The notes below the pieces were generated by a model that saw only the letters and a list, made by a program, of their open reading frames with translations, made no database searches and was not told the DNA's origin. From Candidatus Babelota bacterium (GTDB lineage: Bacteria > Babelota > Babeliae > Babelales > Vermiphilaceae): DNA of 64,000 nucleotides. This document shows positions 26,272-37,006 of this stretch, in pieces; position 1 is the first letter of the stretch, and each line of letters begins with the position of its first letter. The translations under genes and the position numbers were made by a program. The stretch is from NCBI GenBank assembly GCA_049325595.1, contig JBMOLF010000001.1, positions 1 through 64,000 of the forward strand. Reading direction: 5' to 3'.

Positions 26272-27180
26272 ATGAAGAATTATGTCGCGTTGTTTTTGTT
26301 TGTGATAAGTTTTGTGCATGCACAAGAACCGTTACATTTTTGTACTGCCTCTGATAGTCGATATTTTAATTGTCTTATTAATTTAATTGGCTGTTTACAT
26401 AAACATAATTTTGATCAAATTGGCACCATTGCAGTATTTGATCTTGGTATGACGGCTGAGCAAAAAGAACACGTATCACGCATTGCCAAAGTAAGCATAC
26501 ATGACGTTGAAAAAGTACATCCCGATATTATCACCCCCATGCAAACTACGCATTGGGGAAAAATGGTACCTGGATGGTATGCATGGAAAGCAGTAATCAT
26601 TAAACAAGCGCTTGATATGGTAGATTGTGTGTTATACATCGATGCAGGAACGACTATTTACAAACCTCTTGATGATTTATTTAAGCACATTCGCCATGCT
26701 GGTTACTTTTTTCATAATGGCTCACCCTGGTGCATTCAACAAGAAACTACACAATATGTCATCAACAAATTTGATCTTGCAAGCTCTGAAAAAAAATGGT
26801 TATTAGATGAAGACATTAAAGGCCTCGAGGCTGGGTTTATGGGGCTAACAAGACGGGTATATGATTCTTTTGTAATGCCCGCATATCAATTGGCGCATGA
26901 TTTACGAAATTTTGCCGATGATGGTAGCTGCCGGGGTGGATTTGGCAATTGCCGCCATGATATTCCCATATTTTCTATGATCGCTCTTCTTAATGGATTA
27001 ACAATTTATCATCATTTTAAACAACCATGCCAAACCTTATGGCTCGATACTGATGAAGGAAAAATACCATTTCATATCGCGTGCAATCCACAAGATCGTA
27101 CATCACAAACGCATGTTTATTGCTCACGCATGGATGTATCGGGAATACAAGAAAATATACAAGCTATTCGCTTAAAATAA
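26272..27180 (+). CDS. Putative GT-A fold glycosyltransferase (DUF1647-like) with signal peptide
   Basis: AGGAG RBS before MKNYVALFLFVISFVHA; TASDSRYF, FDLG, YAWKAVII, LYIDAG, CRHD. Confidence 0.65.
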   Translation: MKNYVALFLFVISFVHAQEPLHFCTASDSRYFNCLINLIGCLHKHNFDQIGTIAVFDLGMTAEQKEHVSRIAKVSIHDVEKVHPDIITPMQTTHWGKMVPGWYAWKAVIIKQALDMVDCVLYIDAGTTIYKPLDDLFKHIRHAGYFFHNGSPWCIQQETTQYVINKFDLASSEKKWLLDEDIKGLEAGFMGLTRRVYDSFVMPAYQLAHDLRNFADDGSCRGGFGNCRHDIPIFSMIALLNGLTIYHHFKQPCQTLWLDTDEGKIPFHIACNPQDRTSQTHVYCSRMDVSGIQENIQAIRLK

Positions 27181-27197
27181 CCAATAAAGGAAATACT

Positions 27198-27854
27198 ATG
27201 AAACGCACTTTTTTATACACATTCTTAATTTCAGGATCGTTACACGCTTACGAGCCTAAAGCTCATGAACAGTGGTGGCATGCAAATTGTACTGAAAAAA
27301 TACCCTTATACAGACAGTGGTATGGCGATGCAGATATAAAAGAGCGTACTTTTATATGCAAATACCTTAAAGACAAGCAATATCAATCAATTCTTGATGT
27401 CGGCTGTAGTTTATGTTCTTTATTCTTTGCGATAAAAAAAGAAAAAGTTGCTATTGATTACACGGGACTTGAAGTAACAAAAGCTTTTGTTGATCGTGCT
27501 GCTAAGTTTGGTATTCCCGTAATATATGGCTCAGTAGAAGAATTGCCATGCCAAGATAATAGCTATGATTGTATTTACATGCGCCATGTACTTGAACACT
27601 TAGAATATTATGAAAAAGCTATTACTCACATGATTCGAGTAGCCAAAAAAGAGGTAATTATATCGTTCTTTAAACACCCTAACAACTGGATGCCTGACAC
27701 TATTGAATTGGTAAAAGTTGATTCCATGCCTTTGTACCATAATCAATATAATAAACTTAAGATTGATACGTTTGTAAAACAAAATCCTAAAGTTGCTTCA
27801 TTAAAATGGGATTATATTGGTAACGATTATGCATTATGCATAACTCTTAAGTAA
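27198..27854 (+). CDS. Class I SAM-dependent methyltransferase with signal peptide
   Basis: MKRTFLYTFLISGSLHA; ILDVGCS, ELPCQDNSYD, RHVLEH. Confidence 0.85.
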   Translation: MKRTFLYTFLISGSLHAYEPKAHEQWWHANCTEKIPLYRQWYGDADIKERTFICKYLKDKQYQSILDVGCSLCSLFFAIKKEKVAIDYTGLEVTKAFVDRAAKFGIPVIYGSVEELPCQDNSYDCIYMRHVLEHLEYYEKAITHMIRVAKKEVIISFFKHPNNWMPDTIELVKVDSMPLYHNQYNKLKIDTFVKQNPKVASLKWDYIGNDYALCITLK

Positions 27855-27861
27855 AAAACAT

Positions 27862-27887
27862 AAAAGCCGCTAATACTAGCGGCTTTT
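27862..27887. terminator. Bidirectional terminator between convergent genes
   Basis: AAAAGCCGCTA...TAGCGGCTTTT perfect stem. Confidence 0.85.
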
Positions 27888-27899
27888 TCTTTGGTAATT

Positions 27900-28634
27900 T
27901 TAGTTTTTAAAATAGCGATCAAACTCATCACACCAGCAACGTAACATTTCTTGTTCGGTTGCATCTACTAAACTTTCACGTAATAATTCTTTTGCTTGTG
28001 CAGCAAGCACTTGCCCGGCCATATCTTTTTTCTTTTTAGCACGCACAATAATATTTGGGCACAATTGCCATTGGGTGTATTCAAACGAAATATCTTCAAA
28101 ACCCACCGCTGAAAGTACATGTTTAAACTTTTGCGCATACCACCCATCCCAATGCACTGCCCAATGTGCTTCATGGGAGCCAAAAATATGGCGTAAAGTA
28201 CTTTGTTTTTGAACATACGAATAAGAATCATTCATAAGAATATGCATACTTCGCTCAAAATCTGGTGTTTCAATAATTAAATCACCGTCATTTTCAAGCC
28301 AGGTATGCCAATTACACAACAAAGCTAGAGCAACTGAACGACTAAAATGCTCAAACATATGATGTGATCTGATTTCTTTTATACTATTTGCCGGCAAATT
28401 AAGATGAGAAATGTCAGCATGTATATCGGCGGCAATCTGTTTTTGAACTGTCTGTTCTGATTGAGGATAATCAATATTTATATACCCATCAAACTTTATT
28501 TGACCACAGCCTAAGTGTAATTTTATAGGATGCGAGTAGGCGGTAATATCAAATGAATAGTGAGCAGAAGATTGATTAACAATACCAGTAGTAACGCACA
28601 GCAAAGTTATTAATAGAGGTATTAATGGTAACAT
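27900..28634 (-). CDS. SAM-dependent methyltransferase (type 11-like) with signal peptide
   Basis: KLHLGCG, GYINID, SHHMFEHF, LIIETPD. Confidence 0.85.
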   Translation of the reverse strand: MLPLIPLLITLLCVTTGIVNQSSAHYSFDITAYSHPIKLHLGCGQIKFDGYINIDYPQSEQTVQKQIAADIHADISHLNLPANSIKEIRSHHMFEHFSRSVALALLCNWHTWLENDGDLIIETPDFERSMHILMNDSYSYVQKQSTLRHIFGSHEAHWAVHWDGWYAQKFKHVLSAVGFEDISFEYTQWQLCPNIIVRAKKKKDMAGQVLAAQAKELLRESLVDATEQEMLRCWCDEFDRYFKN

Positions 28635-28646
28635 CTCATTTCCTTG

Positions 28647-29462
28647 TTAATTAAATAGGTTAGTAAGTCGTTGATAAGAAGGTTTTGCCAAAATTTTATG
28701 CATTAAACTCAATTGCAATTGGTGATCGATGCGATGATCGCTAATAGGATTTGCATTATTGTATATATACAAGATTTCATTAATAAAGCGATAACGATCA
28801 CCAGCCATTTCAATCATTGGTGCCATCATCGCTTTATCCCACGTCATCATTAAAAAGTTGCCATCATCATCACACAAATCTTTTTGAGCGATGCGTTTAA
28901 ATAAGCCCGCGTAAAATGTTCTTAAATGCGACATTGGTAAATTTTGAAATCGTCTAAAAGCATTATTTTTTACTACCCAAGACGGAAAATCTTCACAAAA
29001 TCCACGGTGCCCTGTTGGATATTCTTGATATTGGCCAAAAGTAAGCCACACATTATTATCTTGATAAACTTCATTTAAAAATGATAACACATAAGGATGT
29101 GACAACCAATCATCACCATCGAGTGTTAAAATAATTTCTTCATCACGACAACTGTGAATGGCATGATATAAGTTATATGTTGCACCATGACGTTGCTCAT
29201 TATTAATCAACGTCACCCTATGATTCATCTTATGGCTTGCAATACAATCTAAGACCAAGTGATAAGTTTTATCCGTGGAACAATCATTAATATAAATAAC
29301 ACGATAGTTAGTATAATTTTGTGCAAAAACAGAGGCTAAATTATTTTGGCACCATTGTGCATTGTTATAAGAAGGAATTACAATCACAAATGGTTTTTCT
29401 GATTTGTTGTTAGCCTGACATAAAAAAATAAATGATAATAAGATCATCCATAAATGCTTCAT
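28647..29462 (-). CDS. GT2 family glycosyltransferase with signal peptide
   Basis: VIPSYNN, INDCSTD, LDGDDW, SHLRTFYAGLF; paralog of the 24492 N-domain and of 32275. Confidence 0.9.
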   Translation of the reverse strand: MKHLWMILLSFIFLCQANNKSEKPFVIVIPSYNNAQWCQNNLASVFAQNYTNYRVIYINDCSTDKTYHLVLDCIASHKMNHRVTLINNEQRHGATYNLYHAIHSCRDEEIILTLDGDDWLSHPYVLSFLNEVYQDNNVWLTFGQYQEYPTGHRGFCEDFPSWVVKNNAFRRFQNLPMSHLRTFYAGLFKRIAQKDLCDDDGNFLMMTWDKAMMAPMIEMAGDRYRFINEILYIYNNANPISDHRIDHQLQLSLMHKILAKPSYQRLTNLFN

Positions 29463-29617
29463 ATTATTTCCTTTTTTTAATATTAAAATTTGTAATGGTT
29501 CTACTATGTATAGCGGCTAAAGTCAATTAATAGACCGATCATTTTCTTATTGTCTTTAATTCATTTTATTGGTAGAACACAAAAAACCATTTTTCGATTT
29601 TTTACAAGGAGTTTTTT

Positions 29618-30370
29618 ATGAGGCATCGTATTTTATTTAGTTTTATAATTCTTACTCTTTTAAACGTGTTCAACTTACAAGCCACCAAAAAATCAATTGG
29701 CTTATTAATTGTCGCTACGGGTAAATATATTCAATTTGTTCCACCATTAATTGAATCAGCACGCAAATATTTTTGTGTTGATCATACCATACATTACTAT
29801 GTATTTACCGATGGTACTATGAACACTGGCCAAGATACCACATTAATTTTCCAATCACGCTTAGGCTGGCCATATGATACCCTAAAACGTTTTTCTATGT
29901 ACGCTCAACACGCTAACCGCTATTGCCACCATGATTATTTATTTGCACTTGATGCTGATATGCAATTTGTTGATTATGTTGGTTCAGAAATATTATCTGA
30001 TCGGGTAGCAACATTACATCCTTGTTTGTTAAATCAACGCGGCACGTATGAAACACGTAATTGTTCAACAGCTTATGTTGCACCATACGAAGGTACCTAT
30101 TATTTTGCTGGTGGTTTTAATGGTGGGAGTACTACAGAATTTATTCGTATGGCCCAAACTATTACTGCTAACATAGAAAAAGATTTGGAGCATAATTTTA
30201 TAGCACTCTGGCACGATGAAAGCCATGTTAATCGGTACTATATTGATAACGAACCCACCTGTATTTTATCACCCGATTATTGTTATCCAGAAGGATGGGA
30301 TTTACCTTATCACCCGCGCCTGCTTGCCTTATTAAAAGATCATAAAACATTTCAACAAGGAGCTATATGA
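29618..30370 (+). CDS. GT6 family (ABO/alpha-1,3-Gal(NAc) transferase-like) glycosyltransferase with signal peptide
   Basis: IGLLIVATGKY, YYVFTD, LDAD (DxD), YYFAGGFNGG, WHDESHVNRY, LSPDYCY. Confidence 0.92.
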   Translation: MRHRILFSFIILTLLNVFNLQATKKSIGLLIVATGKYIQFVPPLIESARKYFCVDHTIHYYVFTDGTMNTGQDTTLIFQSRLGWPYDTLKRFSMYAQHANRYCHHDYLFALDADMQFVDYVGSEILSDRVATLHPCLLNQRGTYETRNCSTAYVAPYEGTYYFAGGFNGGSTTEFIRMAQTITANIEKDLEHNFIALWHDESHVNRYYIDNEPTCILSPDYCYPEGWDLPYHPRLLALLKDHKTFQQGAI

Positions 30371-31317
30371 AAAAGTTATTGTTAACTCTGGGTATTATAA
30401 GCGCACCATTAATCGCACAAAAAACTATTTATGTATATGCCCCCGGATGGGATATTGCCCAATACTTTGCGGCTGTTGGTGTAACCAAAGAATTTAATGC
30501 ATATGATATTACATTTAAACAAGTTTCTTCTGCACATGCTATTGCCCCGCATGAGCAAGCATTATTTTTTGATATCGATCCTGCAGCTCAATCTGCCTAT
30601 GCTGCGCTCTCTCCAGAAAATTGCATTTTATTTTTATGGGAACCGCCAACGGTAAAACCCCATAACTATGACAAGCGCTATCATAATTTTTTTAATAGGA
30701 TCTACACCTGGAATGATACGCTTGTTGATAAGATAAAATATTTTAAAGTACATTACCCGGTTCGTCATGATATGCGTCCTGCAAGTCGTACCTTTGCTCA
30801 AAAAAAACTGTGTGTCATGGTCGCTGCTAATAAACGGTCAAATCATGAGTTTGAATTATATACTCAACGCGCCGCAACAATACACTATTTTAATCAAAAT
30901 CATCCTGATGAATTTGATTTATATGGTTTTGATTGGCCGCATTCATTGCGCGTATATAAAGGAGTAATTAATGATAAACTTGAATGCGCAAGCGCGTATA
31001 AGTTTAGTATTGCTTATGAAAATTTAACAAACGTGCCGGGATATATTACCGAAAAAATATTTGATTGTTTTATATCAGGTTGTGTACCTATTTATTGGGG
31101 AGCGCCTAATATAACTGATTACATACCACAATCATGTTTTATTGATCGCAATAATTTTTCATCACAGGAAGAGTTGTATGAGTATATTTCAACTATGAGC
31201 GAAGAAACTCATCAAAAATATATTAAAGCAATTCAAGAATTTTTAATGAGTGACGCCGCTCATAAATTTAGCCCTCAATTTTTTGTTGAGCTACTTAAAT
31301 CAATCTATCTTACTTAA
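30367..31317 (+). CDS. GT10 family fucosyltransferase-like protein with signal peptide
   Basis: LWEPP, YKFSIAYEN, GYITEKIFD, VPIYWGA; ATGA overlap with the GT6 gene. Confidence 0.88.
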   Translation: MKKLLLTLGIISAPLIAQKTIYVYAPGWDIAQYFAAVGVTKEFNAYDITFKQVSSAHAIAPHEQALFFDIDPAAQSAYAALSPENCILFLWEPPTVKPHNYDKRYHNFFNRIYTWNDTLVDKIKYFKVHYPVRHDMRPASRTFAQKKLCVMVAANKRSNHEFELYTQRAATIHYFNQNHPDEFDLYGFDWPHSLRVYKGVINDKLECASAYKFSIAYENLTNVPGYITEKIFDCFISGCVPIYWGAPNITDYIPQSCFIDRNNFSSQEELYEYISTMSEETHQKYIKAIQEFLMSDAAHKFSPQFFVELLKSIYLT

Positions 31318-32179
31318 TTTCAGGAATATAGGCCATATGAGCAGATTTATTATCAACAAGGTATAACTTTTGCCAATCGATTTTTTTTCCTTGTTCAAAT
31401 AATGCAATCTGTTCATCTGGCTCAAGCATATTCATGTTGCGATTTGCCCCATCTCTTTGTACTTGGTTAAGAGGCAGGTTTACTATCTTTGATGCGTAAT
31501 AACAAAGACCAATTCGTTGCGATACCGCACCCGCACGCATTGACCATAATCCTTCAAGCGAATTAGGAGTATAATAAGGCATATCATTAAACACTGGTAT
31601 CACATCAGACTTACGATAAATGGTCATATCAACGGTATTTGGATACCCCCAATCATATTCACCACTCGCAATAGTCCAAGAATATACATCTGGAGCACAT
31701 TCATGCACTGGTGGCACGCGTTGTGGTTTATTCATGGTGTAGCAATAATCTAAATGCAAACCAAGTCGTAAATAAAAACCATACGCATTCATTTCTTGCA
31801 TTAAATCAATAGCATGATTCATATCAATAAAATCTTTGATAATAATGTCATCAACTGCAAAAACCACATAATCAGCACTTGATTCAATTAATGCACGATG
31901 AGTTAACAGTTTAAAATCTGCATGAGGATTAGATGACTGAGGCAAAAATTGTACATGTGGGAATTCTGATGCAATTTTGTTGTAGCATCGCTCTGCACGA
32001 TCAGTAGTAGTGCGGTAAATAACTTTAATGCGCGAAAGGCCGGTAATATAATGCTCAACCGATTCTAAAAGTGCTTGTATTTGTAATGGCCTATTAAATG
32101 AGAAAATAATAAGATCAATATGGTTATTGGCACTGGCTATAAAACTTATACATACCATAACTAAAGCAAATATACGCAT
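31310..32179 (-). CDS. Putative GT-A fold glycosyltransferase with signal peptide
   Basis: IFSFNRPLQ..ALLES, VFAVDD, FYLRLG, DWGYP; paralog of 34248; start at MRIFALV after AAGGA. Confidence 0.65.
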   Translation of the reverse strand: MRIFALVMVCISFIASANNHIDLIIFSFNRPLQIQALLESVEHYITGLSRIKVIYRTTTDRAERCYNKIASEFPHVQFLPQSSNPHADFKLLTHRALIESSADYVVFAVDDIIIKDFIDMNHAIDLMQEMNAYGFYLRLGLHLDYCYTMNKPQRVPPVHECAPDVYSWTIASGEYDWGYPNTVDMTIYRKSDVIPVFNDMPYYTPNSLEGLWSMRAGAVSQRIGLCYYASKIVNLPLNQVQRDGANRNMNMLEPDEQIALFEQGKKIDWQKLYLVDNKSAHMAYIPEIK

Positions 32180-32274
32180 ATTCATTCCTTTTTTTATTGA
32201 TGTAATGATTGGTTTATAAAATATTAAATTTTCATATACTAAGCAAATCAACCTCTTAAAAAAAGGACCGTTTA

Positions 32275-33084
32275 ATGAATCGATTCAAACTAAGTCTGCA
32301 TATTGCATGTATGTTATTTTTTACTCTATCTACTTATACTAAACATTTTGTAATAGTTATTCCCTCTTACAACAATAAAGAATGGTATCAAAAAAATCTT
32401 GATTCGGTTTTTATGCAACAACATACCGATTTTGAACTTGTCTATATTGCTGATTGTCCTACCGACGGAACTGACACTTTAGTTGAAAATTATTTTAAAG
32501 CAATTAACTCACCAATTAAAACTACCTTAATTAAAAATAAAGAACGGGTAGGAGCTCTTGCAAATTTATATAACACTATAGCGCAATGCGACCCGAGTCA
32601 CATAATTGTTACCCTTGATGGCGATGATTGGTTTCCTGATGAAAAAGTGTTAACCCACTTAAATCATATTTATTCCCACAACGAAGTGTGGATGACGTAT
32701 GGCCAATCGTTGCACCACCCATCAAATCGAATTGGTGGAGCGCGTCAAATTCCCAACGAGGTAATAGCACATAATTCATACCGCTCTTATGATTGGGTTG
32801 CAACTCATTTGCGAACATTTTACGCCGGATTGTTTCAACGTATTGCGGTAGAAGATTTAATGTATGAAGGAGAATTTTTTTCAGTCGCCTGGGACCTGGC
32901 TTTTATGTTTCCTATGCTAGAAATGGCCGGCATTCATAGCTATTACATTGATCGCATTATGTATGTGTATAACTGCAATAATCCTATAAGCGATTTTAGA
33001 ATTGCCGCACAAAAACAAGCGCAATATGATCGCTATATTAGAACAAAAAAACCGTATGAACCATTAGAATATTTGTTCAATTAA
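32275..33084 (+). CDS. GT2 family glycosyltransferase with signal peptide
   Basis: VIPSYNN, ADCPTD, LDGDDW, THLRTFYAGLF. Confidence 0.9.
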   Translation: MNRFKLSLHIACMLFFTLSTYTKHFVIVIPSYNNKEWYQKNLDSVFMQQHTDFELVYIADCPTDGTDTLVENYFKAINSPIKTTLIKNKERVGALANLYNTIAQCDPSHIIVTLDGDDWFPDEKVLTHLNHIYSHNEVWMTYGQSLHHPSNRIGGARQIPNEVIAHNSYRSYDWVATHLRTFYAGLFQRIAVEDLMYEGEFFSVAWDLAFMFPMLEMAGIHSYYIDRIMYVYNCNNPISDFRIAAQKQAQYDRYIRTKKPYEPLEYLFN

Positions 33085-33088
33085 ATTT

Positions 33089-33120
33089 AATAAGAGCTCG
33101 TCTAATCACGAGCTCTTATT
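33089..33120. terminator. Bidirectional terminator between convergent genes
   Basis: AATAAGAGCTCGT...ACGAGCTCTTATT 13-bp perfect stem with T-run. Confidence 0.85.
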
Positions 33121-33126
33121 TTTTTG

Positions 33127-34092
33127 CTATCTATGCGCAACAATTTCATAGGAAGGCATAACATGCAATGATACATGGTGTGGTTGGCAATATACCAATG
33201 GATACTGACTTCTTATGGCATCCATAACTAAGGTGTGCCCTACAAATTTAAAATTATCACCCCACCCATGTAGTTGGCCTGAAATATAGCAAAGAGGTGC
33301 TTGAAAGAATTTTTTATCAACAATCATTTGTTGCGTGTTACATGATGATTCAGATAACGCAAACGTAGAAATAAATAAATCTGCACTCAAAGAAATTTCT
33401 GGAACCATAAATACCGGAATCAAATGAATTGCACCTTTTTCAAAAGATTCTGGTATGCGATCGTGTAAAATTACTTCTACATCAGGCATGGTAGCTTTCA
33501 GGAAAAAATATTGCAACGCTAATAATTCCGGCAAATCAATAAGATATAGGGTTGTTTCAGGCATTATCTGCTTAAAAACACTGGCCAAATTACCATAGCC
33601 ACTACCTACTTCCACAATTGAATTTATCGATTCATTAGGCCAGTACTCTAAAACTTTTGCTGCATAATATAAATGGCCTAAACAGTTACTTGAACAATTA
33701 AATTCTTTACAACAACGATCAAGCCCTAAAAAGTCAGACTCGTGAAAAGCTGATAGTTTTTCTTTGGTTTTTGCACTAATGCAATCACGCAAGTATAACA
33801 TTTCATACGATTGTACCACACTTATTCCTTGGCGAACCATGGTATTCCAAATACAATAATGTCGAGTAAAAAAACGATCGGGGTTGCCCAGCAAAATAGT
33901 TTTTACTTCTTGTTTGGTACTCTTCCAAATATCGTGGCAATAGTTACTTTCATGTTGATCAAGACCGGTTGTATGTAAAAAATTACAAAGATTTTTATAT
34001 TTTTCTTGCATATCATACCACAGAGAATCAACATAATTAGTTTGAATTTTAGCTACAAAAAGCAGCAATAATAAACTGATCTGTTTTTTCAT
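33127..34092 (-). CDS. Putative sugar O-methyltransferase with signal peptide
   Basis: IVEVGSGYG, YLIDLPE, DLFISTFALSE; start at MKKQISLLLLLF after AAGGAG. Confidence 0.8.
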   Translation of the reverse strand: MKKQISLLLLLFVAKIQTNYVDSLWYDMQEKYKNLCNFLHTTGLDQHESNYCHDIWKSTKQEVKTILLGNPDRFFTRHYCIWNTMVRQGISVVQSYEMLYLRDCISAKTKEKLSAFHESDFLGLDRCCKEFNCSSNCLGHLYYAAKVLEYWPNESINSIVEVGSGYGNLASVFKQIMPETTLYLIDLPELLALQYFFLKATMPDVEVILHDRIPESFEKGAIHLIPVFMVPEISLSADLFISTFALSESSCNTQQMIVDKKFFQAPLCYISGQLHGWGDNFKFVGHTLVMDAIRSQYPLVYCQPHHVSLHVMPSYEIVAHR

Positions 34093-34247
34093 GACAAACT
34101 CCTTATTTGTGTTGATTAATTTGATGTGAACGAGTTTTACACAGTTGATTGATAATTGCAAAATATCTTTTATGATTTGCTTTTTTTATAAAGTTATGCA
34201 ACGGTATTAGCACCATTTCAAAACAACTTAAATCAAGGGGTTTTCTT

Positions 34248-35132
34248 ATGAAGCGCCAATTTTTACTCTCTTTGCTTTTTGTAAGCATAATGACATCGTG
34301 TCTTGCTCAAAAAGCAGATATGGTTATTTTTTCTTTTGACCGACCGTTACAACTCTACGCATTACTTGAATCGGTAGATACGTATGTAACAGGGCTGGAA
34401 ACGATTAATGTTATTTATCGTGCAAGTTCAGATGAATTTGCTTACGCATACGATTGTATACAGACTGATTTCCCACATGTAATATTTATAAAACAAGGTG
34501 CTAACCCTCGCCAAGATTTTAAGCCTCTTACTATACAGGCAGTAGAAAACACTCCTTCTCAATACATTATTTTTGCCGTCGACGACAATATCATAAAAGA
34601 TTACGTTGATTTAGAAGAATGTATCGAGTTGCTCAACCAAACAAATGCCTATGGATTTTACTTGCGACTCGGCTTAAATATATCCCATTGCTACACGCAA
34701 AACCAACCACAAATAATTCCCGCTCATCAACCAGTAAATAATGAAGTTTATGCATGGATATTCAAAGATGGTAGTTATGATTGGGGATACCCAAATACCG
34801 TTGATTTAACCTTATTTAAAAAAGAAGAAATTTTACCGACCATACGTACCTTATCATTTTATTCACCCAATGTATTTGAATGTGTATGGGCACAAAAAGC
34901 AGACGCTATTATGCAGCATATCGGTCTTTTTTTTGCTGAATCAAAAATTGTAAATCTACCACTTAATATGGTGCAAGAAGATTGGCATAATCGTAACCAA
35001 CAAGAACTTTTACCAGCTCAACAACTTGAGTTATTTTTCGCAGGTAAAAAAATAGATATTAAGCCTTTGTATAAAATTGCAAATCAATCACCCCATATGG
35101 AATATTGTCCTACCTTGATTGATCGTAATTAA
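34248..35132 (+). CDS. Putative GT-A fold glycosyltransferase with signal peptide
   Basis: IFSFDRPLQLYALLES, IFAVDD, FYLRLG, YDWGYPNTVD; close paralog of 31310. Confidence 0.65.
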   Translation: MKRQFLLSLLFVSIMTSCLAQKADMVIFSFDRPLQLYALLESVDTYVTGLETINVIYRASSDEFAYAYDCIQTDFPHVIFIKQGANPRQDFKPLTIQAVENTPSQYIIFAVDDNIIKDYVDLEECIELLNQTNAYGFYLRLGLNISHCYTQNQPQIIPAHQPVNNEVYAWIFKDGSYDWGYPNTVDLTLFKKEEILPTIRTLSFYSPNVFECVWAQKADAIMQHIGLFFAESKIVNLPLNMVQEDWHNRNQQELLPAQQLELFFAGKKIDIKPLYKIANQSPHMEYCPTLIDRN

Positions 35133-35956
35133 AAAAGTTCTTTATGCGGTAATTTAGGATTAAAATAAATTACCGCTGTAGAAACATTTGAAATAGTGTG
35201 AATAAAAAAATCGGTACGTGCTAAAATTAAAACTTCGATGAGAACTTCTCGCCCTGCTTGCGTTCTATTAGATTGCTCGGGATTATAATGAATGGGAAAT
35301 CCATTTGTTGATCGACCAGCCGCAAAAGAAATAACCGGTTTATTAAGTGCAGTTTTTGCGGCCTGTAAAATTTCTTCTTCGTCTGTTGCTACAAAATATT
35401 GGTCTGCATCATACCTATTAGTGCAATCAAAAATTGTTTGTAGAGGAACATGCGGACGTTCAGAATTTTTATCAGTCCGTCTGATATGAATACCAATAGT
35501 TTTTTTACCTTTTATATGCTGTTCATAATAATCATCTACAACTTTTAATATGGATTCATTTACGTATATCCACTTATTAATGAGCTCATTAATTTCTGCT
35601 CGTTGATGGCTACACGGTGGTATAGCGATCAAATTATGACCATCTTTATCAAAATAACTGTTGTGAACATAATCACCATTTTCATAATTCTGCTCAGAGA
35701 CTGGTTTAAAAAAACATGGCCATGCATTTGCATTATTTTTACATTCAACATCACGTTCATCAAAATACAATGAACTCTTATCCCAATATATCACCGGAAC
35801 TTTATTATTTTGCTCGCACCATATTAAATTATTAAGCGCACCAAAAAAAGATGAAAAAAAACCACACCCATGTTGACCAATCACAAACTTTTCATGTGTT
35901 TGAGCAATAAGAGATAAAGAACATATAAAACTAATTAATAAAAGTTTTTTTAACAT
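35129..35956 (-). CDS. NodZ/GT23-like (O-fucosyltransferase superfamily) fucosyltransferase with signal peptide
   Basis: GFFS, IGIHIRRTDK (GDP-Fuc motif I), FVATDE (motif II), SNVS (motif III). Confidence 0.85.
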   Translation of the reverse strand: MLKKLLLISFICSLSLIAQTHEKFVIGQHGCGFFSSFFGALNNLIWCEQNNKVPVIYWDKSSLYFDERDVECKNNANAWPCFFKPVSEQNYENGDYVHNSYFDKDGHNLIAIPPCSHQRAEINELINKWIYVNESILKVVDDYYEQHIKGKKTIGIHIRRTDKNSERPHVPLQTIFDCTNRYDADQYFVATDEEEILQAAKTALNKPVISFAAGRSTNGFPIHYNPEQSNRTQAGREVLIEVLILARTDFFIHTISNVSTAVIYFNPKLPHKELF

Positions 35957-36027
35957 ATATCCCCTTTTTTAACACCAAATGGATTAAAAAAGAGGATATA
36001 ATAATTACAAAACATAAGGCAATGTTA

Positions 36028-37005
36028 TTAATACAGGCATATAAGCGCAGGATTTACATATATTTTGTCATATCCTTTGCAAATCATTGATGCATGGAGT
36101 GTCGTATGCTCACATACAACGGGTAAATCATAACCACTATTCGGTATGAAAACTAATGGTAATGGTCTTTGATCACTATTGATAAGTAATGTATAAATGC
36201 GGTAATAAAGATGATTAGTCGCCATGTTCTTATTGAGTATCTGATCACTAAGATGTTCAAGATCTTTGGTAACATACCCACAATACCAACAATCTTTTAA
36301 TGCATTTCGTTTATACAATGCAATACCACCAAAAGCAGAATACACTTTTTGTAAAGGTAAGCTGGGTGCAAATGCAATTGGCTGCTCAAGGCGAATACGC
36401 CAAAATTCTTCACCCAATAATTCAGGACCAAGAGGAAATTGATCATCCCGATAAGCAAAACGATCGTAATGGTAATGATCACCATTTACGCCATTTGCCG
36501 CAATACAATCCCATTGCTCAGTACAATTGAATGATGCAATTACATCGTTTACCTGCCAACCTATCCTAAAATCAAGATCTGTCATTATAATATAGTTATA
36601 ATCCGCAAACAGATCGCTCATTGCTTGTTTGAGCACTTGATTGCGCGCATAGGCAATCAGTTCCATACGACACGGTGCTTTATCGCGCAAAGCATGGCTT
36701 TTGGTCCGATTACTTAACTGCTGGTCAGAAAGATATTCAGATATGATAGTTACTCTTGGATTTTTAATCATCCATGCGTTTAATACATCTAACGTGTTAT
36801 CAGTTGAATTGTTTTCATAAATGATAACCTGATAATCCTTAAAATAATCTCCTAATTGCTCAATCTTTTGCATCATATTTGGCAAACATGATGCAATATT
36901 TTTACCAACACCTAAAATTAATAGTTTTTCATTTTTTGGATTAATAGCTGCGTTCAGGTACCCAACAAAACAACCAAATATAAAAATAAATTTGAAATAG
37001 TTCAT
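36028..37005 (-). CDS. CAP59/CMT1-like (GT69-like) glycosyltransferase with signal peptide
   Basis: IYENNSTDNT, IAYARNQVL, TDLD, YDRFA, VYSAFGGIALY, CEH, NP; start at MNYFKF. Confidence 0.7.
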   Translation of the reverse strand: MNYFKFIFIFGCFVGYLNAAINPKNEKLLILGVGKNIASCLPNMMQKIEQLGDYFKDYQVIIYENNSTDNTLDVLNAWMIKNPRVTIISEYLSDQQLSNRTKSHALRDKAPCRMELIAYARNQVLKQAMSDLFADYNYIIMTDLDFRIGWQVNDVIASFNCTEQWDCIAANGVNGDHYHYDRFAYRDDQFPLGPELLGEEFWRIRLEQPIAFAPSLPLQKVYSAFGGIALYKRNALKDCWYCGYVTKDLEHLSDQILNKNMATNHLYYRIYTLLINSDQRPLPLVFIPNSGYDLPVVCEHTTLHASMICKGYDKIYVNPALICLY

Positions 37006-37006
37006 G

